Of a stretch of DNA of 64,000 nt, positions 31,413-41,400 are shown piece after piece (position 1 is the stretch's first letter; every line of letters begins with the position of its first letter). The notes under the pieces are model-generated. The model made no database searches. It was not told the origin of the DNA and saw nothing but the letters and a program-made list of their open reading frames with translations. Source of the DNA: Nitrospirota bacterium (GTDB lineage: Bacteria; Nitrospirota; UBA9217); the NCBI GenBank assembly GCA_963749655.1, contig CAVVOB010000016.1:96001-160000 (forward strand), read 5' to 3'. The position numbers and the translations under genes were made by a program.

Positions 31413-32880
31413 ATGGACAAAGTCCTGACAAAAAGAAATACCCTCTTCATCGTCGCAGCCCTTACCCTCTGGCGGGCCTATCTCTCGGCGACCATCCAGC
31501 TTCATCCTGACGAGGCGTACTACTGGCTTTATTCGCGCCGTCTTGACTTCGGGTATTACGATCACGCGCCTCTCGTCGGCTACCTCATCCGGTTAACGAC
31601 CTTGTTTTCGAGCCAGGAGTTATGGGTGCGGTTCGGCGGCCTTCTGGAGACCGTCGTTGTCAGCATCATCTCCTGGGTCCTGTCCATGCAGCTTTTTAAC
31701 GACAGGAAAGTCGCCTCGGCAAGCGTTATAACGCTGAACGTCCTGCCGCTTACCATGGCCGGTTCGATCGTCATGACCCCGGACAATCCCCTGTTCCTGT
31801 TCGTCGGGCTCACCACCTATTTCTGGTGGCAGATAGTGGAAACGCAGAAGCCGCGGTACTGGTATCTTCTGGGGATCGCCTTCGGACTTTCCCTGCTGTC
31901 CAAGTACACGGGCGTGCTCGTTGCCCCGTCCGTTTTTATCTTCATCCTTGCCACTGACGAGCGCAAATGGCTGAAGACGATCCATCCCTATGCTGCTTTC
32001 CTTCTGGGATGCGCTTTCTTTCTGCCCGTTGTCTACTGGAACAGCCGGCATGAATGGATGTCCTTCGTGTTCCAGCTCAAGCACGGTCTCGGCGGAGAAA
32101 CCTATAAGATCGGCCGTGTCCTGACCTATATCGGGGGCCAGATGCTTGTTGCCGGCCCCGTGCTCTGGGTGGCGGGGACAGTAGCGGCGGTCACGTATCT
32201 GTTCAGGAAAGACAAACGGACGCTGTTTCTGAGCCTGAGCTTTCTTCCGACCATACTCTTCTTCGCCTACTCGTCGCTCAAAAGAACAGCAGCAGCCAAC
32301 TGGCCCTGCACAGCCTATGTCGTCTTCGGGATTCTCGTGAGCTACTATCTCCTCGATGGATCAAAAAGGAAGGAGCGCATCTGGATCGCGGGCATTCTTC
32401 TCAGCCTGACGCTGTCCCGTCGCAGCCGGATTGCATACGCGGTTCGATCTCCTTCCCCTGGCAAAGATCTCCCCGGAGCTCGCAGAAGCGGACGCGACGC
32501 AGTTCTTTTTCGGCTGGCGCGAACTTGCCCGGAAGCTGGAGGACGATCCCTCGATAAAAGTGGTAATCACCAACAACCATCTCGTTGTCGAGGAGACCAT
32601 TTATTACACCCGGGAGCGGATCTTCGCAGACGTCAACTGGCGCTCTCCCGGTCCGAACCAGTACGGCCTCTGGGAAATACCCCGGAACGTCATCGGCGCC
32701 GACGGCGTCTGCATCGACGTGCTGGGGAAATACGGGCCTCCGCCCTGCAGTGACTATTTCACTTCCATCGGCGCGGAAAGCACTCTCCCCGTGATCAGGG
32801 ACGGAAGGGTTATCCGCACCTACCATATCGTTCGCGGCATCGGATTCAAGCCGCCTGCGGAGTGGCTCAAGGAAAGATAA
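31413..32880 (+). CDS. GT39/ArnT-like membrane glycosyltransferase (frameshift near 32420)
   Basis: LHPDEAYYWLYSRRLDFGYYDHAPLV, MTPDNPL, LSLLSKYTG, PVVYWNSRHEWMSF, ANW; C-terminal part in ORF 32431..32880. Confidence 0.9.
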
Positions 32881-33006
32881 CATCGACCCATGGCGTTGCC
32901 CTCCGTCGACAGGCTTCTGCCGCAGCCGTCTCAGATTATCCGCTCCCCCTCGGATCTGCTAAAATTTCAACAGGCGTGTTTGAAAAGAACCACGAAGGGA
33001 CATCCC

Positions 33007-33196
33007 ATGCTGGAAGTTAAGGATTTTTGCCACAGGCTGCCTGACCATAATACTGTGTATCGTCCTGGTCCCGGTCTTTTTTCTGCTCTTCCGGCTGGCT
33101 ATCGGTCTTGCTGTATTTCTTGCACTCGTGATAGGAATTACTATAGGGATAACACTGATCGGCAGGATCGTGAGATTCTTCTTCACCGGGAAATAG
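33007..33196 (+). CDS. Small 2-TM membrane protein (hidden by an early frameshift)
   Basis: ATG at 33007 after gaaggga; shifted frame reads LRIFATGCLTIILCIVLVPVFFLLFRLAIGLAVFLALVIGITIGITLIGRIVRFFFTGK-stop. Confidence 0.6.
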
Positions 33197-33311
33197 CCGT
33201 GTAAGCAGACCAGCTTTCGCAGGGCCCCGAGGTCAGGCGGTCATGCCGGGAAAAGAGATCCAATACCCATCGGCCACTCACCGTGTCTGCTTCAGATACC
33301 CCGCCCTTGAT

Positions 33312-33614
33312 TCAATTCGATTTTTGCGTCAGCGTCCCGGTTGCCGGGTCGTAAACATAATCGTCACTGTCCAATGTTATTCCATTGAACGCTGCGACCT
33401 CATTCAGATCAGCAGGATACCGCCCGCTGGCGGCATAAAACTCCTGTATCGACTTCTGCACTTCATGGACATTCACCCTCTTTTCCACGCTCTTCGTCGT
33501 TTTGAGGGGATGGAATATCGTGGGACCGCTCGGCTGCACCGCATCATCGGTACAGGCAGCAGTCGAAAGACCTAGAGCGATCAAAATAATTCCTGTGACG
33601 GCTTTTATTTTCAT
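33312..33614 (-). CDS. Small lipoprotein with pseudopilin-like globular motif
   Basis: Lipobox STAAC; SIQEFYAASGRYPADLNEV...YVYDPATGTL. Confidence 0.7.
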   Translation of the reverse strand: MKIKAVTGIILIALGLSTAACTDDAVQPSGPTIFHPLKTTKSVEKRVNVHEVQKSIQEFYAASGRYPADLNEVAAFNGITLDSDDYVYDPATGTLTQKSN

Positions 33615-33823
33615 ACGGCCTCCATTCTCCATTTAACGATGTCTCCAGGCCGATGCTTTCAACGGCTTTGTAACCCGTCGGCACTGTCCCGACTATTATT
33701 ATACACGCCTTCAGACGTTCAGGAGCCGGGAAAAAACGCACAGCAGGCCATATCGGGAATGGTTCTATAATTAGAGTAGGTGAGGTTATCGTCTCAGGGC
33801 AAGATGTTCAGGAGGTGGGACGG

Positions 33824-34108
33824 ATGAAGATGTTTGTCCTTGTGTATTCATCAAACATTGATGACGACGTCATTGCGGCAATTTCAAAGGGCGGTATAAA
33901 GGCATATACCAAATGGACCGATGTCCATGGCATGGGACCCGAGACAGGGCCCAAATTGAGGTACAGCCAGGGTGACAACCATGTTTTGACGATAGTGGTT
34001 AACGATGCCGATGCCTCTAAAGTAAGAGACGTCGTCTTGAATCTGAGGAAGGAATATCCTTTGGGCGGCGTGCGCTGCTTCATCGTGCCGGTGGAAGAAA
34101 TGATATAA
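33824..34108 (+). CDS. P-II-like (PG0541-type) small protein
   Basis: MKMFVLVYS...AYTKWTDVHGMGPETGPKL...GVRCFIVPVEEMI; RBS aggagg. Confidence 0.75.
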   Translation: MKMFVLVYSSNIDDDVIAAISKGGIKAYTKWTDVHGMGPETGPKLRYSQGDNHVLTIVVNDADASKVRDVVLNLRKEYPLGGVRCFIVPVEEMI

Positions 34109-34126
34109 ATTCTGAGTGATGGTTGC

Positions 34127-34141
34127 TGGCAGGCGGGTTGC
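34127..34141 (+). promoter_or_regulatory. Candidate sigma54 (-24/-12) promoter
   Basis: TGGCAG-GCGGG-TTGC, exact GG-N10-GC spacing, about 90 nt upstream of the lipoprotein ATG 34233. Confidence 0.45.
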
Positions 34142-34232
34142 GCAATCCCTGGAGTCTCCTCCTAAAGTTTCAGCAGAACCTGACGATAAGAATATACCAG
34201 GTTCAAATACAAACCCTACAGGAGGATTCTTT

Positions 34233-35261
34233 ATGCCCAAGATTTCAGTGACCCTCGTACTGGTTGTTCTGTTGAGCATTGCCGGTTGCGGAAGCAACAA
34301 ATCATCAACTACCACAGACTCACAAAAGCAGCCGGACACAAATGGCAGCACGAGCACGCTCTTTAACGCGGTAAAAGCGACCACGCCGGCATTCACGGCA
34401 ACGGCCTCTGCGGGAGCTCCCGCATTGAGATCAATGGTGTTCTCGGCGCCATCGATCACTGATCAGGCAATGAATGTCGCCTTTCAGCTGCTGAGAGACT
34501 ATACCTACCCGACCGATGAAGGCAAGGTCGACATGACCAATATGTACAAGGTTCTTTACGAGGCCGGACGCTACCTTGATGAGGCGCCCTCGATCTGCGC
34601 TACAATCTCATCGGTAACGGACGCGTCCATTTCTCCTTATGCGTTCAGCGACTTCCTCGGTCACTCCTATGATTGCGGCGGAAGCCAGGCCGAATCCGGA
34701 GGATACGGCAGTAGCGTTGCCTATAAAGCCAGCGGGGCGGACAAGTACATGCTCGCTTCGTACAAGTGGGCGCCGGACGCGGCCCAACAGATCGCCATAG
34801 GGGTGATCCAGGCCTCCTACAACGACACGACGAAAGATGTCTCATTGATCTTCGCTCAAGCGGTAAACTATCCGGCAGGAAGCACCATGGGAGGGGTCAG
34901 CGGCAGCGGATTTGCCACACGCGCCCGCATCACGGGAAACAGCGGCACGCATACGTTCGAGCTCAAAATGCTTACCCAGAACGCCTCGCTGGTAGGAAAG
35001 GGTATATCGCAGGGAGCGGGCAATTACTTCCTGATCAGAAACGGGTCCGATTACTACTGTCTGCCCGCCGGGGCCACGGAGGATGATCTGGGCGCTGTTA
35101 CGAAAACCGACGCCGCGGGAGTGGACGCCAATTGCGCGAGCTACACAGCCGACGTCAGCGCGGCCACGCCCTATGACGTGAATACTGATCTGCCCAAAAT
35201 CGATCTGTCCGATTTCAATCTTGGCGTGAACGGGACCCCGGTGCATTACCAGATGTTCTAG
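34233..35261 (+). CDS. Hypothetical lipoprotein
   Basis: RBS aggagg; lipobox SIAGC followed by a Ser/Thr linker; beta-rich body with four further Cys. Confidence 0.8.
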   Translation: MPKISVTLVLVVLLSIAGCGSNKSSTTTDSQKQPDTNGSTSTLFNAVKATTPAFTATASAGAPALRSMVFSAPSITDQAMNVAFQLLRDYTYPTDEGKVDMTNMYKVLYEAGRYLDEAPSICATISSVTDASISPYAFSDFLGHSYDCGGSQAESGGYGSSVAYKASGADKYMLASYKWAPDAAQQIAIGVIQASYNDTTKDVSLIFAQAVNYPAGSTMGGVSGSGFATRARITGNSGTHTFELKMLTQNASLVGKGISQGAGNYFLIRNGSDYYCLPAGATEDDLGAVTKTDAAGVDANCASYTADVSAATPYDVNTDLPKIDLSDFNLGVNGTPVHYQMF

Positions 35262-35301
35262 AATCAGTTTCTAGTTTGTAGTTTTTAGTTCAAAAGATCC
35301 G

Positions 35302-35367
35302 AAAAGGCTGACAAGCTTGCAACCAGTTCTGACAGTATCTGAGCCGGCAAGCGTGTCAGCCTTTTTT
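35302..35367. terminator. Bidirectional terminator-like hairpin between convergent genes
   Basis: aaaaggctgaca-agcttgc ... gcaagc-g-tgtcagcctttttt. Confidence 0.65.
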
Positions 35368-35369
35368 GG

Positions 35370-35441
35370 TGTCACCTCGAACGAAGAGATAGGCCTTTTA
35401 ATTGATCGGAAATCAGGTTTTTCGCTTCTCTCGAAATGACA
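35370..35441. repeat. REP-like palindrome (tgtca..tcga / tcga..tgaca)
   Basis: tgtcacctcgaacgaagag ... ttcgcttctctcgaaatgaca. Confidence 0.55.
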
Positions 35442-35452
35442 GGCCTGACGTT

Positions 35453-38400
35453 TCACCAGGAAATCAGCCCCACGCTCTTCCTTAGTATCACCACCACGTC
35501 GCCGATATCGATCTTGCCGTCGGGGACAGGCGCGCCGCTTTTCAGGGGCGCAACGTCTCCCCGGGAAATATCCGATCCGGTCGGGGCTACGATCCCCGCC
35601 GCAAAACGGAGCGCCTTAAGCGCGTCCACCGTATCCACATCCCCGTCGATATCCAGGTCTCCGGTGGAATTGCTCCTGATTATGGGGCCTGCGCCATAGG
35701 CGCATATGGTCGACATTCCGTCGGTGATGCTTGCATACACATAGTAGGTCCCGGGAGCAAGGTTCGTGACGTCCCAGATATAGTCGCCGGGGCCGTCGTT
35801 TTCGCTTATGCCCGTGGAAATATGGCTGCCGTTACAGCCCATGCCGGTTGTGTCATAGCCCGGAATAACCGTCGCTATGCTGTCGGGGTCAAAGGCGGTC
35901 CAGGTGATCGTGTAGCTGTTACCGTAGACGATGGGCTCCGCAGATCCGGGCGTTGTCATCGTGATCGCCGGCGGGTCGTTAGCTCCGGTGTTGTTGACGG
36001 TGAAGGAATTAGCCGCCATCCAGCCGCTTGCTGAGCCGTGAGCGTCAGCGGCTTGTGCTCTCCACCAGTACGCAGTCCTGTCGGAAAGCGCGTGGTCCAC
36101 CGTCCAACTCCTGCCTGCGCCCGCAGTCGAGGCAACGAGGCTTACAAGGCCGCTGTCGCTATAGACCTCGTACTCGTAGGCGAGCTTGTCGTTGTCCGGG
36201 TCGGTTGATGCGTTGACCTGGAACGTGGGGGCCAGGACCGTCACCTGTCCGTTGTTTGCCGGGTAATTTAGTGTCGGGACGGACGGTGCGTCGTTAACCG
36301 TGTTCACGAGGAAACTCGCCGTTGCCATCCACGGGCCGTCTGACTTTCCGTCATTCGCCCTTGCTCTCCAGTAATAGACGACATTCTCGGCCAGGGCTGA
36401 GGGGGTCCAGTTCGTGGTGCCCCCCCCTTCAGCCAGAAGACTCGATGTTTGCTTGTTGACGCTGTTGAACGTGTTGACCGTATCGATCTCGAAAACGTAG
36501 TGAAGGCTGTCATGGTCAGCGTCAGTCGCATTATCGACAGCAAGCGCGGTCGTGAGGGCCGCCACTTCGCCCGCATTCGCAGGCGCGTTGAGTCCTGGGG
36601 CTGTCGGCGCGTGGTTTGCCGTGTTCACGAGGAAGGAGGCGGCCACCCAGTTGCTTGCGCCGCCGTGGTTGTCCGCTGCCCTGGCCCTCCAAAAGTATAA
36701 AGTGTTTTCAGTGAGCGCCGTTGCAACAGTCCACGAAGTGGTGCCGCTGCCGCCCTGCGCAGCCCCGGCTGCGCCCGATACTATGTTCGAAAAGCCCGCG
36801 TCCGCGGCAACATCGAAGTCATAGGCGAGGGTGTCATGGATATCAAGGTCCGCGGCGTTGCCGACGGACAGGACCGGCGTGAGCGAATCGACCTGACTGT
36901 TATCAGACGGCGAGCTTATTGCCGGGTCCCCGGGCGCGTCATTTGACGCGTTGACAAAGAGATCGGCCATTGCCATCCAGCTGCTGTTCACGTACCCGTC
37001 GGAAGCCAGTGCGCGCCAGTAATAGACGGTATTATCGGAAAGCGCCGGAGAAACCGTCCATGAAGTTGCCGTAATACCGGATGCCGTTGCCGCAATGGCG
37101 CTGAAGTCGCTTGCTGCGCTCACCTCAAAGGTATAGGTGATGGGATCACCGTCCGCGTCAATGGATGTGTTGACCGCAAGGATAGGCGTTACGGTCGCTG
37201 TCTCGCTGGATGAGGCCGGGGAACTTATCGAGGGTCTGGTCGGCGCGATGTTCGAGCCATAGGTCCTCGTGAACGTTGCGGTACTGGAGCTTCCACTTAA
37301 TCTATTTCCTGCCGGGTCAGTGATATTCACAGTGCTCGCGGCAATGGTATAGGTTGTCCCCGCGGTCTGAAGGCTCGTCGCCAGCCGGTAGGTGCCGCCG
37401 CCCTGCGACACTGCGCTGATGATATTCAGGCCGTTGTCTGCCGTATAATTGGCACTATTTGTCGCTCCGTTAACCGGCTCGCTGAAGACCACATCGACGT
37501 GGGTGGAGTCTCTCCAAATCGCGTCGGTATCGAGGGTCGGCGAAACAATATCAATTGTGATCCCGTCGCTGTTTCCGGACCATGCGGTCGCAGTTCCCGC
37601 GCCGTTCACGGCCTGCACCCGCGCATACAGGGTCTGGCCGTTCGAGCCGGTTATCTCTCTGGTCGATACATTGCCGACGCTGCCGTCGAAGACATCGGTT
37701 CCGCCCGGCGTGGTCCCGACCTGCATGTTGTAGCCTGTTATGCCGGTTTCCGTGTCTGAGGCCGCCGTCCAAATGAACATCACGGCGGCAGATGTGCTGT
37801 ATGCTCCGGCATCGACCGGAACGCCGGGCGTCGACGGCGCCGTGGTATCGATCGTGATCCCATTGCTGTTTCCGGACCATGCGGTCGCAGTTCCTGCGCC
37901 GTTCACGGCCTGCACCCGCGCATACAGTGTCTGGCCGTTCGAGCCGGTTATCTCTCTCGTCAATACATTGCCCACGCTGCCATCGAACACGTTGTTTCCG
38001 CCCGGTGTGGTACCGACCTGCAGGTTGTAGCCTGCTATGCCGGTTTCCGCGTCTGAAGCTGTTGTCCACGTGAACGTCACAACAGTAGATGTGCTGTATG
38101 CCCCGGCATCAACCGGAACGCCAGGCATTGACGGCGCCGTGGCATCGATCGTGATCCCGTCGCTGTTCCCGGACCATGAGGTCGCAGTTCCTGCGCCGTT
38201 CACAGCCTGTACCCGCGCATACAGGGTCTGGCCGTTCGAGCCGGTTATCTCTCTGGTCAATACATTGCCGACGCTGCCGTTGAATACGTCGTTTCCGCCT
38301 GGTGTGGTACCGACTTGAAGTGTGTAGCCTGCGATGCCGCTTTCCGCGTCCGCAGCCGCCGTCCAACTGAACGTCACGGCAGTAGATATGCTGTATCCTC

Positions 38401-41400
38401 CGGCATCGACCGGAACGCCCGGCATTGACGGCGCCGTGGTATCGATCGTGATCCCGTCGCTGCTCGGCGACCAATTCCCCGCAACGCCATGCGTATTTAC
38501 CGCCCTTACCCGCGCATACAGGGTTTGTCCGTTCAAGCCGGGAAAGTCTCGGGTCAATCTATTGCCGATGTTGCCGTCGATGACATCGTTTCCTCCCGGT
38601 GTGGTCCCTATCTGCAAGTCATAGCTGGTTACGTCGCTGTCAGGATCCGATGCAGCCGGCCAGCTGAAGATCACGTAGTCCGAAACGCTGTAGAGACCTT
38701 CATCCGCAGGCGCCGGCATGTCCAAAGGCCCCGTCACATCATTCATAAGGATGTCCCCGTCCTCAGCCTCTGCCCTGCCCGAGAGCCTCTTCCAGGGACC
38801 ATGGGCCGGATTTGGCGGCGCGGTGATCCCTGCCTGGAGCACGGTAAACGGTGCATACAGGACCCGCGATCTCCACTTGTACCGCTTGCCTGCGTTCAGT
38901 CCTTGAACCGTCTCGGTCAGGGTCGAGCCGCCGCTCGTAGTAATTGCCGTCCAGAGAGAAGAAATTGTCTGACCGCAGGTCGCATGGCCGAAAGGCACGC
39001 CGACTGGACATGTTTCAACCTGCATTTTTGCTCGGCACGGCCCTGACACGCTCAAGGCGGTCATCTTCACCTGAAAATCATCAGGGATCAAAAGACTCGC
39101 CCCACGGTTGTACCGGCGTTGTATTGCCGTTGCCGCGCATCTGTCGTGCTATTATAGGCCGCCCGCTCGTATTGCCAAGATACACAAAGGCCGCCCCGTT
39201 GCTGGACTCATCATAATTAACCACCCCGACGATCACGTCCGCGTACCCGTCGCCGTTCACGTCCCCCACTCCCGACACGCTGTTGCCGAACCCTCCTGAG
39301 GTCCTGTCAACCGTGTCGGATTCTATCCTGGCAGCGGCTGTGGTAGAGACCCCGGAGGCTGAGCCGTGATAGACAAAGACGGCGCCTTCGTAGCTAAACG
39401 CAAGTGTGAGGTCGGGCGCGCTGACGATCACGTCCGCGTATCCATCGCCGTTCACGTCCCCTGCGCTGGACACGCTGTTGCCGAAGTGGGCGAAGGCCGA
39501 GCTGTATTCATACTTGAGCACGGCGGAAGGTGTGGCAGAGACGCCGGAGGCCGCGCCGTGATAGACAAAGGCCGCGCCTTCATCAGTCTGACCGTTGTCA
39601 TAGTTGGGTGCTCCGACGATCACGTCAGCGTACCCGTCTCCATTTACGTCTCCCGCGCTCGAAACGCTCCAGCCAAATGAGGCGCTGGTCTGGTTGGATT
39701 TGAGCGTTGTGGAGGCGGTTGTGGCGATGCCCGAGGGGCCGCCGTGATATACAAACGCGGATCCTCCGTCGGTTTCGCCGTTGTCGGAGAAGGACGCCCC
39801 GACGATCACGTCCGCGTACCCGTCGCCGTTCACATCCCCTCCGCCCGACACGCTTACACCGAATTGGGCGCCGGCCTGGTTGGATTCGAGCTGTGCCGCG
39901 GCTGTGGTGGAAATCCCCGAGGCTGAGCCGTGATAGACATAGGCCGCCCCTTCGTAAATCTGACCGTTGCTATATGCGTGCGCCCCGACTATCACGTCCG
40001 CGTATCCGTCGCCGTTCACATCCCCTGCACCCGACACACTTACGCCGAAACCGGCGCCGGCCTGGTTGGATTCGAGTATTGCAGCGGCTGTAGTGGAGAC
40101 CCCGGAGACTGAGCCGTGATAAACAAAGGCCGCCCCTTCGTCAGCCTGGCCGTTGTCGTAGTTGACCTCCCCGACGATCACGTCTGCGAACCCGTCGCCG
40201 TTCACGTCCCCTGCGCCCGACACACTTACGCCGAAACCGGCGCCAGCCTGGTTGGATTCGAGCATTGTGGCCGCTGTAGTGGAGACCCCGGAAGCTAAGC
40301 CGTGATAGAGAAAAGCCGCGCCTGCGTCAGCCTGACCGTTGTCGTACTTGGGCGCTCCGACGATCACGTCCGCGTATCCGTCGCCGTTCACATCTCCTGC
40401 GCCCGACACGCTATAGCCGAAAGAGGCGTTGAACTGGGACTGGCTGAGTTCGAGTTTTGCAGCGGCTGTATTGACGACCCCGGTTGAAGCGGGGATCCCT
40501 GCGGCTGAGCCGTGATACACAAATGCGGTTCCTTCATCGGTTTCGCCGTTGTCATATCCGTTCGCTCCGACGATCACGTCCGCGAATCCGTCGCCGTTCA
40601 CATCCCCTGCGCCCGACACGCTGCAGCCTAAAAAGGCGGAAGTCTGGTTGGCCTCGACCCTTATGGTGTCTGTAGTGGAGACCCCGGAGGCTGAGCCATG
40701 ATAAATAAAGGCCGCGCCTCCGTTGACATGGTAGCTCGCCCCGACGATCACGTCCGCGTATCCGTCTCCGTTCACATCCCCTGCACCCGACACGCGTGAT
40801 CCGAAATTGGAGGTGGCCAGATAGGTGATTTCGAGCAGGGCAGCGGCTGTGCTGGAGACCCCGGAGGCTGAGCCATGATAAACAAAAGCCGCTCCTGTAT
40901 TGCCCTGACCGTCGTTATGATATGTGCTCGCCCCGACGATCACGTCCGCGTACCCGTCGCCGTTCACGTCTCCTGCGCCCGACACGCTGCAGCCGAAATT
41001 GGCGCTGAGCCTGAAGGATTCAAGCACGGAGGGCGCGGTTGTGGATATGCCCGAGGGGCCGCCGTGATACACAAATGCCGCGCCTTCATCGGCCTGGCCG
41101 TTGTCGTATGAGGGAGCCCCGACGATCACATCCGCGTACCCGTCTGCGTTCACATCTCCTGCGCCAGACACGCTGGATCCGAATTTGGCACCGGCCTGGT
41201 TGGATTCAAGCAGAGCTGAAGCGGCTGTGGATATTCCTGATAGGCCGCCGTGATACACAAATGCCGCGCCTTCATCGGTTTCGCCGCTATCATAGGAGGG
41301 CGCCCCGACGATCACGTCCGAGTAACCATCTCCGTTCACGTCCCCTGCGCCGGACACGCTCCACCCGAAATTGGCGCCGGCTTGGTTGGATTCGAGCAGG

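Noticed and set aside
39078-39091. TGA-TGA at the junction of the two giant ORFs as selenocysteine/readthrough or programmed frameshift
   Set aside because: The downstream ORF is in a different frame, so readthrough cannot join them. There is no slippery heptamer, and a one-base homopolymer error fits the window-wide error pattern.
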